DNA of 57,578 bases from Reyranella sp. GTDB taxonomy: Bacteria; Pseudomonadota; Alphaproteobacteria; Reyranellales; Reyranellaceae. Positions 31,214 to 40,216 of the stretch are shown here, in pieces. A program made the position numbers and the translations under genes. The stretch spans positions 1 through 57,578 of the forward strand of contig DASZJU010000219.1 in assembly GCA_035947815.1 (NCBI GenBank), in the 5' to 3' direction. Position 1 is the stretch's first letter. Every line of letters starts with the position of its first letter. The notes beneath the pieces were generated by a model. The model had not been told where the DNA came from and made no database searches. It saw only the letters and a program-made list of their open reading frames with translations.

Positions 31214-32368
31214 ATGTCAGACAAGAACTTCGCCGCCGCATCGCTCGCCGCCCAGGCGATGGGCTGGATCGATCCGGTGACGAAGGCCGTCGTGCCGCCC
31301 ATCCATATGGCGAGCACGTATCAACGCGATGAGGACAATGGCTATAGCTCCGGCCGCAGCTATGCGCGTGCCGACAATCCGACCTTCGATCAGGCCGAGG
31401 CCACGCTTGCCGCCCTCGAAGGCGGCCCGAAGGCGCTGATCTTCTCGTCAGGCATGAGCGCCGCCAGTGCCTGCTTCCTTGCATTGGCGCCCGGCGATCA
31501 TGTTGTAGCTCCCAAGGTGATGTACTGGGGTTTGCGCAACTGGCTTGCAACTTTTGCAACGCAGTGGGGACTCAAGGTCGAATTCGTCGACGCCGACCGG
31601 ACCGACGCCATCGCCGCCGCCGTCAGGCCCGGCGCCACCAAGCTGGTGTGGATCGAGACGCCAGCCAATCCGACCTGGAGCGTCACCGACATCGCGGCGG
31701 CGGCCGAGGTCGCCCATCGCGCCGGCGCGCTGCTGGGCGTCGATTCCACGGTGGCGACGCCGGTGCTGACGCGGCCGATCGAGCACGGCGCCGACATCGT
31801 CATGCACTCGGCGACCAAGTATCTCAACGGACACTCCGACATCATCGCCGGCGCCCTGGTCGGGGCGCGCGACGACGCCTACTGGGCGAAGCTGCGCACC
31901 CTCCGCGCCCAGCTCGGCACGATCCTGGGCCAGACCGAGGCGTGGCTGCTGATGCGCGGCATGCGCACCTTGTTCCCGAGGGTCGCCTGGGCCTGCCGCT
32001 CGGCCGAGACGCTGGCCGGGCGTTTCGCGGCGCATCCCATGGTGGAAGAAGTGCTCTACCCCGGCCTGCCCTCTTTCGCAGGTCATGCGGCGGCGAAGAA
32101 GCAGATGACGGGCGGCTTCAGCGGCATGCTGTCGGTGCGCGTCAAGGGCGGCGAGCGCGCGGCGATTGCCACGGCGGCAAGGGTCGGGCTGTGGAAGCGC
32201 GCGACGTCGCTGGGCGGCGTCGAAAGCCTCATAGAGCATCGGGCCAGCATCGAGGGCCCGGGCACGCCTTGCCCGATCGACCTGCTGCGACTCTCGGTCG
32301 GCGTCGAGGACGCGGGCGATCTGTTTGACGATCTCGATCAAGCGCTGAAGCGCGCGCACAATGCTTGA
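31214..32368 (+). CDS. PLP-dependent trans-sulfuration enzyme (cystathionine gamma-synthase/lyase family)
   Basis: PPIHMASTY, YARADNPT, FSSGMSA, ETPANP, HSATKYLNGHSD, SLGGVESL. Confidence 0.93.
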   Translation: MSDKNFAAASLAAQAMGWIDPVTKAVVPPIHMASTYQRDEDNGYSSGRSYARADNPTFDQAEATLAALEGGPKALIFSSGMSAASACFLALAPGDHVVAPKVMYWGLRNWLATFATQWGLKVEFVDADRTDAIAAAVRPGATKLVWIETPANPTWSVTDIAAAAEVAHRAGALLGVDSTVATPVLTRPIEHGADIVMHSATKYLNGHSDIIAGALVGARDDAYWAKLRTLRAQLGTILGQTEAWLLMRGMRTLFPRVAWACRSAETLAGRFAAHPMVEEVLYPGLPSFAGHAAAKKQMTGGFSGMLSVRVKGGERAAIATAARVGLWKRATSLGGVESLIEHRASIEGPGTPCPIDLLRLSVGVEDAGDLFDDLDQALKRAHNA

Positions 32369-32398
32369 GACTGACGCACGGAAGTCGCTACACCACAA

Positions 32399-32469
32399 CT
32401 GTCATCCCGAGCGCAGCGAGGGACCTTTACTGCGGCCTTAAAGGTCCCTCGCTGCGCTCGGGATGACAG
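32399..32469. repeat. TGTCATCC...GGATGACA palindromic element, copy 2
   Basis: CTGTCATCCCGAGCGCAGCGAGGGACCTTTA ... TAAAGGTCCCTCGCTGCGCTCGGGATGACAG inverted arms between convergent genes. Confidence 0.9.
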
Positions 32470-32476
32470 CGTTTTC

Positions 32477-33478
32477 TCAGAGGGTAAAGCCTTCGCGCAA
32501 CGGATCGTCGCCGTCGAAGCGAAATCGCGCCTCGCCGGTCTGATGGGCACGGCCGCCCACTTCGACGATCGCCGACTTATGTCGGCCGACTGGCGCCCCC
32601 TCGCGTAAAACCTTGCCGCTGAAGACCGCGCCGGTGCAGCTCTCGAACAGGCGCTCCTCGCCCAACTGCACGCGGCGACGCGCCGCGTCGAGCGCCAGCC
32701 GCGCGGTCACGCCGCTGCCGGTCGGGCTGCGGTCGATCTGGCGGCCGGCGAAGATGCAGACATTGCGGCTCGGCTTGCCGTCCGCCCCATCGCCGCCGTC
32801 GGTCAGGATCGTTCCGTAGAGAAAAGCCAGATCGGGCTCGTCGGCATGCTCGATGAGGATCGCCGCGGCGGCGGCCTTCGTGATTTCCTCGCCGGCATCG
32901 ACGATCGCGCGCATCGGCGACGAGCGGAGATCAAGGCCGATCGCGTCGGCGGCGAGGATCGCATAAAAGGCGCCGCCGTAGGCGACATCGACCGTCACCG
33001 GTCCCCAGGTGCGGGTCGGCGCGATGCGATCCCGCGCATAGGCGAAGGCCGGCACGTTTTCGAACCGCACCGTGCCGTCGGGGGCAACGCGTGCCGTCAC
33101 CAGCCCGCAGGGACATTGCAGGCGCACGATCGTCTCGGGTTCGCGCCTTGCCACGCGGCCGCTGTCGACCGCCCAGCGGGCCAGCGCGATCGTGGCGTGG
33201 CCGCACATGGTGCTAAAGCCCTCGTTGTGCATGAACAGCACGGCGAGATCGGCGTCGGGATGGTCGGGTTCGACCAGCAGCGCGCCGTACATGCCGTCAT
33301 GGCCGCGCGGCTCCAGCATCAGGCCGCGCCGCAGGTGGTCGAAGCGTTCCTTCGCTTCGCGCCGCTTGTCCAAAAGTGTCTTGCCGACAAATTTGGGCCA
33401 GCCGTCGACGATGATGCGGGTCGGCTCGCCGCCCGTATGCATCTCGACGGTATGCATCTCGATGGGCGAGAGGATCAA
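32477..33478 (-). CDS. Proline racemase family, probable trans-3-hydroxy-L-proline dehydratase
   Basis: HTGGEPTR, EPRGH, MCGH and DRSPTGSG (Cys/Thr catalytic pair). Confidence 0.85.
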   Translation of the reverse strand: MILSPIEMHTVEMHTGGEPTRIIVDGWPKFVGKTLLDKRREAKERFDHLRRGLMLEPRGHDGMYGALLVEPDHPDADLAVLFMHNEGFSTMCGHATIALARWAVDSGRVARREPETIVRLQCPCGLVTARVAPDGTVRFENVPAFAYARDRIAPTRTWGPVTVDVAYGGAFYAILAADAIGLDLRSSPMRAIVDAGEEITKAAAAAILIEHADEPDLAFLYGTILTDGGDGADGKPSRNVCIFAGRQIDRSPTGSGVTARLALDAARRRVQLGEERLFESCTGAVFSGKVLREGAPVGRHKSAIVEVGGRAHQTGEARFRFDGDDPLREGFTL

Positions 33479-34623
33479 CCGAACACCTGGGGTAACCCCG
33501 CGCCGATGCGCTCGTTCATCATCTCGATCGAGCCGTCAGTGTAGGCGGCGATCTTGGCGCCCGCCAAGTGACGCGCCAGTGGATACTCGGCGCGCAAGCC
33601 GTTGGCGCCCATCGCCTGGATGCAGTCAGCGATGCGCCGGAGCGCCATCTCGGTCGCAAACTTCTTGGCATAGGCCGCCGGCAGCACCGCGTCGCCGCCC
33701 TCGTCGATCAGGCGCGACGCGCGATAGGTCAAAAGCCGCGCCGCCTCGAGATCGGTCGCGGCGTCAACCAGCTTCCAGCGCACGCCCTGATGGTCGAGCA
33801 CGGGCTGGCCGAAGGTCTTGCGCTGCTGCGTGTAGCGCACCGCCGTCTCCAGCGAGGCCTGCAGCATGCCGCAGCACATGGCGGCGACGTAGGTACGGGC
33901 GCCGTTGATGCCGGCAAGCGCCGCCTTGAAGGCCTGTCCCGGCGGATGCAGCACCGCCTCGTCCGGTGCCACGTAGTCGACCAGCCGGAAGCCGCCGACG
34001 CCGATGGCGTGGCCGCCATGCAGCTCGAACGGCTTGTCGCGCTGGAAGCCCGGCCGATCCGCCTCGATGGCAAAGCAGGCGATGCCGCGATAACCCTGCG
34101 TTCGATCGGTCTGGGCATAGGCCACCGAGAGGCCCGCCACGGCGGCGTTGGTGATCCACGCCTTGGCGCCGTTCAGCTTCCAGCCGCCCTCGACCTTCAC
34201 CGCCGACATTTCCAGGCCGCCGAAATCGCTGCCGACTCCCGGCTCGCTCAAGCCGGCACAGCCGATCACCTCGCCTGCGATCATGCGCGGCAGCAGGCGC
34301 GCCACATGCGCCGGCTGACCGTCGCGCGCGAACCGCGCGACGGCGTTGTGATGATTGATCAGCGCAAAGGCGAAGGCGAAGTCGTGCCGGGCGAGCTCCT
34401 CGAAAGCACGCAGCTTGCAGGAGAAGGAGAGCCCCTGCCCGCCATGCTTTTTGGCAAGCTCGATTGTGTGCAGGTTCGCGGCACAGGCGGCCTTGATGGT
34501 CTCCAGCGGGTAGCGTCGCTCCCATTCCCAGCGCGCGGCATTGGGCGCGACATGTTCCTGGGCAAAAGCCTTGGCCCGCGCCACGACGGCGCGCTCTTCT
34601 TCGGTCAAGACCTCGTCCAGCAT
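33475..34623 (-). CDS. Acyl-CoA dehydrogenase family protein
   Basis: LSEPGVGSD, LNGAKAWITN, RKTFGQPV, QAMGANG. Confidence 0.9.
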   Translation of the reverse strand: MLDEVLTEEERAVVARAKAFAQEHVAPNAARWEWERRYPLETIKAACAANLHTIELAKKHGGQGLSFSCKLRAFEELARHDFAFAFALINHHNAVARFARDGQPAHVARLLPRMIAGEVIGCAGLSEPGVGSDFGGLEMSAVKVEGGWKLNGAKAWITNAAVAGLSVAYAQTDRTQGYRGIACFAIEADRPGFQRDKPFELHGGHAIGVGGFRLVDYVAPDEAVLHPPGQAFKAALAGINGARTYVAAMCCGMLQASLETAVRYTQQRKTFGQPVLDHQGVRWKLVDAATDLEAARLLTYRASRLIDEGGDAVLPAAYAKKFATEMALRRIADCIQAMGANGLRAEYPLARHLAGAKIAAYTDGSIEMMNERIGAGLPQVFG

Positions 34624-34707
34624 CGGCGCTAGATGGCACCGTCCAGGTTTGAAATTCAACCCTGCTGACGCCTCTCGCCGCGCAGAAGGGTGGCCTATAA
34701 TGCAGGC

Positions 34708-34935
34708 ATGCCGCGCCAGGAACCAAGCCTACGCCAGCAATTGATGGAAGCCCGCGCGAACGTTCAGCGGCAGATCGTTCTGCTCCGGGATAAGCCGCAC
34801 CCATTCCCGGTAACCGACGACGGCGTCAACTTCATTGGTGAGAACAGCCATTTGATTGATACGCTGAAAGCAACTCTCCAAGAGATCGAGGACAGCTTGG
34901 CAGCGTTAGGATCAGACGACGCCGAACGGACCTGA
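34708..34935 (+). CDS. Small hypothetical protein
   Basis: 75-aa helical-looking ORF filling the gap before the tRNA, lower GC than flanks. Confidence 0.5.
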   Translation: MPRQEPSLRQQLMEARANVQRQIVLLRDKPHPFPVTDDGVNFIGENSHLIDTLKATLQEIEDSLAALGSDDAERT

Positions 34936-34981
34936 TCGACGATTGGACCTCCGGCACGGCCGCGGGCTAGAATACAGCGAC

Positions 34982-35056
<75 letters not shown>

Positions 35057-35315
35057 ATCACCACAATTGAGCGTTGCTCATTGTGGAACTGTGGCAATTA
35101 CCTGCTCATCATCTTGCCGCTGTTTGGAGCATCTTTGCTTGATGTTGGACCGAAGGTCCTCGATCCGGCGCAGGTGACCTCGTAGGTTCAAGATCAGTTC
35201 AGAGGCATCGCGTCGATATCTTCCGCCATCCTCTTTATGGCCGCTCGATCGAGCTGATGTGAAAGTGCCGCCGGACGTGAAAAGCGCTCGGTGCTGCCCG
35301 GAAAATCGCGCTGTC

Positions 35316-36125
35316 TCAATCGTAGAATTGCGGCGAATGCTTCAGGTTCTCGAAGGTCGGCAGGTCATGGTTGATCCAGAGCTGCGCGTTTTTTTCGGCC
35401 AGGATCTTGGCCAGCCGGGCGCGCGAGGCGTGAGTCTGCTCGGCGCTGGCGTTGATCGAGGGCACGCGATCGTTGTCCCAGTTGTCTTGGAAGTGCGCGG
35501 CATCGCCAGCCAGCAGGATCCAGCCGCTCCTGGCGAGGTGCGCGAGCAGCGACTGGTGTCCCGGCGTATGGCCGGGCGTGGAGAGGAGCGTGACGCTGCC
35601 GTCGCCGAACACGTCATAGTCGCCCTCGAGCAGCTTCAGCGGCCGGTCCTTCTTGAACAATGGCCGCTTGCCCGGGGCGAAGGCCCAGTCGAACTCCGCC
35701 TTCTGGATCAACAGCAGCGAGGCGGGGAAGCGGTCGACGTTGCCGATATGGTCGGGGTGCGTGTGCGACACCGCGACGAAGCTGATGTCGCCCGGCTGGA
35801 CGCCGATTTCCGCGAGTTGGCCCATGAGCGTCTTGGCGCGGGTGGCGTGGCCCACCGGCGTGTCGACCGGCGTGTCGGTGATGGCGTCGGCGTAGCCGGT
35901 GTCCCACAGGAGCCACTGGCTGCCGTGCTTGATCAGGCTGCAGGTATCGGCCTGCTCGATCGGCTTGCCGACATTGATCCCGGGCGACCAGATCGACTGG
36001 TCCTTCGCGGAATTGTGGCCGCAATCCATGACGTAGAGCCGCTCCGCCGTCTGCGCACCGGCCGGCGCCAGGGCGGCGAGGGGGGCGGCGAGCGTGGCGG
36101 CGAGCGCGAGGAGCAGGGCCTTCAT
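35316..36125 (-). CDS. N-acyl homoserine lactonase-family metallo-beta-lactamase with Sec signal
   Basis: MKALLLALAATLAAPLAALAPAGA signal, DTG, SHTHPDHIG, TPGHTPGH, LAGDAAH, INHD. Confidence 0.88.
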   Translation of the reverse strand: MKALLLALAATLAAPLAALAPAGAQTAERLYVMDCGHNSAKDQSIWSPGINVGKPIEQADTCSLIKHGSQWLLWDTGYADAITDTPVDTPVGHATRAKTLMGQLAEIGVQPGDISFVAVSHTHPDHIGNVDRFPASLLLIQKAEFDWAFAPGKRPLFKKDRPLKLLEGDYDVFGDGSVTLLSTPGHTPGHQSLLAHLARSGWILLAGDAAHFQDNWDNDRVPSINASAEQTHASRARLAKILAEKNAQLWINHDLPTFENLKHSPQFYD

Positions 36126-37642
36126 GTCGGCTTGTGAACGTAGCCGTAACGCAGGTTGCTGCGCGCGCCCCCCTGCCGGTCGTATTCGGCCTTCATCAGC
36201 GTGAAGCGGTCGGAGCTCTCCAGCCCCGCCTTTCGCTTCGGCGCGAAAATGCGCCGGCCATTTTCGCCCAGGATGGCGTTCTTGACCGGGCCGTCGGCGG
36301 CACCGAGCGGCTTGAAGCCGTGCTTCTTCTGCATGTCCTCGGGGATCTCGAGTCGCCTCAGGCCCTCGATCTGCCATTGCGGCGAGCCGGTCCATACCGA
36401 ATCGGTGCCCCAGATGACATGGTCGTGGCCCAATCCCTTGACCAAGGTGCCCATCATGGCCGCGGCCAGCACCGGCTGGGCGATCACGTTCCAGGCGAAG
36501 ATCGCACCCAGATCGCCATAGACGTTGCTGACGCCGTGCTTGCCGGGGATCTCGGCGAGGTCGGTGAGCCACGATAGCCGCCCGGTCTTCTCCCATTCGT
36601 CGACGCCGTCGCTCGGCGGGCCGCCGAGATGGCGGTAGCCCGAATGGTAGATAACGAAGTTGAGCTGCGGCCAGTCCTTGGCCGCCTTGGCAACGTCGGC
36701 GACCTGGGCATGGCCCACGAGATGCGGCAGCTTCTGTTCGGCGAATAGCGGGAACAGGCCCTTGTGGACACAAACGTTGCGGATGCCGGCCTTGGCCGCC
36801 TTCTCGTAGAAGGGATACATCAGCTTCTCGTCATCGAGCTTGTAGGCGGTGCGACCGCCATGGGCGATCACGAAGTCGCCGATCGTGTAGGCCTTCCAGC
36901 CCTCGGGCTTGTAAACATCAATGGCGTGGTCGACGGCGTCCAGCCAGCCGGGCTGTCCGGGCGTCAGGGTGAAATGCGCCATCATCCGCTCGGCGCCCGC
37001 CTCCTTGTTCACCCGTTCGCGTGCCTTGAACACGGCGTCCTGCGGCAGCAGCCAGTCCTTGGGATCGTCGGACGGCGCGTTGGTGAGCAGCGCCAACTTG
37101 GTGTCGCTGTCGAGGTAGATCTCCTTCATGAAGTTATCGAACTTCAGGTCCTCGACCGTCTGCGGCTTGCCGACCATGTCCTTGTTCCAGCCGGCCTTGG
37201 CCGTGAGCGTGCGCTGCCACATCAGGCCGCCGACCCGCTTGGGATCGGCGACGAACGGCGCGGGATCGTCGCGGATGAAGTGCGTGTGCGCATCGAGGAT
37301 GAATTGGTTCTTGAGCGACTCGGCGCGCGCATCGGCGAGCTCAGGCGTGGTGGTCTCCGCCCGTGCCACCGAGAACAGCGGGCCGTAGACCTGGTTCATC
37401 ACCAGGTAGGACGCGGCCATGCCGGCCGCGGTCTGGAAGAAGCGCCGTCGGCTCACGCCCTGGCGCTCGGCGAGCCTGTCGCCCAGGTCCTTGAGCCGCG
37501 CCTCCACCTCGCGCTGTTTCTCGGTCTGTGGCGCGGGCAGATACTCGTCGCTGGAGACGATCTGGGTGGGGATGGGCGAGGGTAACTCCAGCTCCTCGGC
37601 GCCCTGCAGTGCCTGCATCTGTTCCGGCGTGATCGCGCGCAT
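36122..37642 (-). CDS. Amidohydrolase_2-family metallohydrolase with internal twin-arginine motif
   Basis: SRRRFFQTAAGMAA, DAHTH, CVHKG, IYHSG, IWGTDS. Confidence 0.85.
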   Translation of the reverse strand: MRAITPEQMQALQGAEELELPSPIPTQIVSSDEYLPAPQTEKQREVEARLKDLGDRLAERQGVSRRRFFQTAAGMAASYLVMNQVYGPLFSVARAETTTPELADARAESLKNQFILDAHTHFIRDDPAPFVADPKRVGGLMWQRTLTAKAGWNKDMVGKPQTVEDLKFDNFMKEIYLDSDTKLALLTNAPSDDPKDWLLPQDAVFKARERVNKEAGAERMMAHFTLTPGQPGWLDAVDHAIDVYKPEGWKAYTIGDFVIAHGGRTAYKLDDEKLMYPFYEKAAKAGIRNVCVHKGLFPLFAEQKLPHLVGHAQVADVAKAAKDWPQLNFVIYHSGYRHLGGPPSDGVDEWEKTGRLSWLTDLAEIPGKHGVSNVYGDLGAIFAWNVIAQPVLAAAMMGTLVKGLGHDHVIWGTDSVWTGSPQWQIEGLRRLEIPEDMQKKHGFKPLGAADGPVKNAILGENGRRIFAPKRKAGLESSDRFTLMKAEYDRQGGARSNLRYGYVHKPT

Positions 37643-37652
37643 GGCGGCCTCC

Positions 37653-38072
37653 TCAGTATTCGATCTTGACGTCGACCGTCTTGGCCTCGCTGCCGAGCTC
37701 GAACGAGGCCTTGTCCCAGTAGGGCGGCGACAGGAGCTCGCGCGCGTCGTTGGAGACGCCGTAGCCCTCCGACGGAATGCCGGTCGCGTCGCGGTCGAGC
37801 TTGCCGTTGTTGTTCTCGTCGTGGAGCGCGGTCACCGCGTAGCGGCCCGGCGGCAGGTCGTGGAAGGTGACGCTGACCGTCCCGGTCGCAGCCTTCTGAC
37901 GGAAGGCAGCGACCTGCTGGCCCTCCTTGGGGAAGGCCTCCTTGCTGGCGAAGATCGCCGCCGACACCGCGCCCTCGGCGTTGTGCGCACCGCTCAGCTT
38001 GATGGTGAGGTCGGCCGCGTTTGCGGCCAGCGGCAAGCACGCGGCAACGGCAACGGCGATTGTGCGGATCAT
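37653..38072 (-). CDS. DUF2141-domain exported protein
   Basis: Signal peptide, GRYAVTALHDENNNGKLD, GIPSEGYGVSND. Confidence 0.88.
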   Translation of the reverse strand: MIRTIAVAVAACLPLAANAADLTIKLSGAHNAEGAVSAAIFASKEAFPKEGQQVAAFRQKAATGTVSVTFHDLPPGRYAVTALHDENNNGKLDRDATGIPSEGYGVSNDARELLSPPYWDKASFELGSEAKTVDVKIEY

Positions 38073-38097
38073 GTTCTTCTCCTCTCGGGCTTTGCGA

Positions 38098-39018
38098 CTA
38101 ACGTCCGCGATAGACCGGCGCCCGCTTCTCCTGCAGCGCGCGGGCGAATTCCTGGCGGTCCTCGCTTTGCATCAGGCGGGCGAATTCGGGAAAGGTCGCG
38201 GCCAGTGCGGCGTCTTCGGCCGAAAGCGCCTGGTGGGCCGAGGCCAGCACGGCGCGCACGCCCATCGGCGCGTTGGCCGCGATCTTGCCCGCGATTTCGA
38301 GCGCGCGATCCAGCTCCCGGCCGGGCTCGGTGACTTCCTGCACCAGCCCGAGGCGGCGCGCTTCATCGGCGCCCCATTCGTCGCCGGTCAGCATGTAGCG
38401 CATGGCGTTGGCCCAGCCCGCCTCGCGGGCAAAGCGGACCGTGCCGCCGCCGCCCGGATAGACGCCGCGTGCCACCTCGGCCTGGGCAAAACGCGTGTCG
38501 CTCGCCGCTACGCGGATGTCGGCGGCGAGGAACAGCTCGTGGCCCAGGAGCTGCGTCTTGCCGTGCGCGGCGGCGACCAGCGGCTTCTGACGGTAGGGTT
38601 TGGAGGTGCCGACCGGGTTCACGAACTCGGAAATGGGCCCGACGAATACCTGTGCGCGCAGGCCGTCGGCCCACGACGGCGGGTCGAGCCCGGGCGAAAA
38701 GTCCGGGCCGTGCGCGAACAGCACGGCGACCCTCAGCGCCTCGTCGTGGTCGAGTTGCCAGTAGGCGTGCCCCAGCGCCAGGAACGTCGGCACCTCGATG
38801 CGGTTCTGCACTTTAGGCCGGTTGATGCCGATCAGCAGGATGGACTCGCGCCGCTCGAGCGTGATGTAGGTGGGCGTAACGTAGGCGGGCGCCGGCTTCT
38901 CCGCCATCGCGCCTTGGGCCCGGGCACCTTGACCGGCGACGATGGTGGCGGCCGCGGCCGCGCCGGAGAGCAGCGGGCGCCGGCCGAGCCCTTGCGACTT
39001 GTCGCTATCGTCGTCCAT
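38098..39018 (-). CDS. Crotonase/enoyl-CoA hydratase family protein with Tat signal (paralog 1)
   Basis: GRRPLLSGAAAAATIVAGQGARA; NRPKVQN, FSPGLD, GHELFLAADIR, QAEVARG. Confidence 0.88.
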   Translation of the reverse strand: MDDDSDKSQGLGRRPLLSGAAAAATIVAGQGARAQGAMAEKPAPAYVTPTYITLERRESILLIGINRPKVQNRIEVPTFLALGHAYWQLDHDEALRVAVLFAHGPDFSPGLDPPSWADGLRAQVFVGPISEFVNPVGTSKPYRQKPLVAAAHGKTQLLGHELFLAADIRVAASDTRFAQAEVARGVYPGGGGTVRFAREAGWANAMRYMLTGDEWGADEARRLGLVQEVTEPGRELDRALEIAGKIAANAPMGVRAVLASAHQALSAEDAALAATFPEFARLMQSEDRQEFARALQEKRAPVYRGR

Positions 39019-39034
39019 CTGCGGCCTCCGGAGT

Positions 39035-39081
39035 GGTACGACTGCGTACCCACTTGCCACAAGGTGGTACGTAGGCGTACC
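39035..39081. promoter_or_regulatory. Tandem palindromic operators GGTACG-N4-CGTACC
   Basis: Perfect 6-4-6 palindromes at 39035-39050 and 39066-39081 in a divergent intergenic region. Confidence 0.75.
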
Positions 39082-39091
39082 AATGTCAATC

Positions 39092-39217
39092 ATGAATCTC
39101 GACCGCCGCACCTTCCTGGCAGGGCTCGCCCCGATCACGATTGCGGGAGCGGCCGGGCTGCCGCCCGCTCAAGGTGGCGTGCGCCAACGGCGCAGGCGAT
39201 CGAGGCTTCCGGCATGA
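39092..39217 (+). pseudogene. Orphan Tat signal-peptide ORF (probable gene remnant)
   Basis: MNLDRRTFLAGLAPITIAGAAGLPPAQ, then a stop after 41 aa. Confidence 0.5.
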
Positions 39218-39227
39218 GGAGGATCCC

Positions 39228-40193
39228 ATGAAGAGTCTCTTGCGTGCGACCCTGGCGACCCTCGCCACCTTCGTCGCCGCCTCCGCGTCGGCGCAACAAC
39301 AGGTCGGCCGCCCGGCCGATCCGCCGTTCACGCTTCCCGCCGACATCGAGGTACGCCAGGCCGCGATCCTGAGCGACGGCACGCGGCTCGCGGCCGACCT
39401 TTATGTCCGCAAGGGCGCGCAGGGAAAGTTGCCCGTCATTGTCCTGGCCTACGGCTGGGGCGGCACCAAGGCCAACTTCCGCGCCGAGGCCGCGGCCTTC
39501 GCCGAGGCCGGCTTCCTGGCCGTCTTGTTCGACTATCGTGGCTGGGGCGAAAGCGACGGTCGCATCGTGCTGGCGGAAGCCATGCCGGGCGAGAAGCCCG
39601 GCGACGTCTTTACCGCGAAGGTGCGCGAACTGCGCGAGGTCATGGATCCGCCGGCCGAACTGGACGATCTCGCCAACGTCATCCACTGGCTGCAGGTCGA
39701 ACCGCAGGCCGATCCGGCTCGTCTGGGGATCTGGGGCACCAGCTTCGGCGGCGGCATGGCGGTCGTGGCCGCGGCCCGCGACCATCGGGTCAAGGCCGTG
39801 CACGCCCAGATGGCGCCGCTCGAACTGCGCGGCCTCGATCGCCTGGGCTGGCATGACGGCACGATGAGGGCGCGCGGCGAGCTCGGCTGGCCCGCCCCGG
39901 GTCTGGTCGTGGTGAGCGGCCTCAAGGGTGCGCCGATCGCCGAGCATTTCCTCGCCTTCCTGCCGGCCGCCGCCATGAACCTCAATCCGGACTGTGCCCT
40001 GCAGCTGGTGCTGGCGGGCAAGGACGAGCTGTTCGACATCCGCACCTCGATCGCCGTCTACGATGCCTTCGAAGGGACCAAGAAGAACCTCGTGGTCCTG
40101 CCCGACGCCACGCACTACGACGCCTACACCGGCGCGCGTGCCGAGGTGCTGAAGCTTGCCCTCGCCTGGTTCGAGCGACAGCTGAAGCCCTAG
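39228..40193 (+). CDS. Exported alpha/beta hydrolase (CocE/NonD/peptidase S15-like)
   Basis: Signal MKSLLRATLATLATFVAASASA; DGTRLAADLY, FDYRGWGESDG, GTSFGG, GKDELF, THYDAY; GAGGAGG RBS. Confidence 0.88.
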   Translation: MKSLLRATLATLATFVAASASAQQQVGRPADPPFTLPADIEVRQAAILSDGTRLAADLYVRKGAQGKLPVIVLAYGWGGTKANFRAEAAAFAEAGFLAVLFDYRGWGESDGRIVLAEAMPGEKPGDVFTAKVRELREVMDPPAELDDLANVIHWLQVEPQADPARLGIWGTSFGGGMAVVAAARDHRVKAVHAQMAPLELRGLDRLGWHDGTMRARGELGWPAPGLVVVSGLKGAPIAEHFLAFLPAAAMNLNPDCALQLVLAGKDELFDIRTSIAVYDAFEGTKKNLVVLPDATHYDAYTGARAEVLKLALAWFERQLKP

Positions 40194-40216
40194 AGCTCTC
40201 CGCGCAGTTGACTAAG

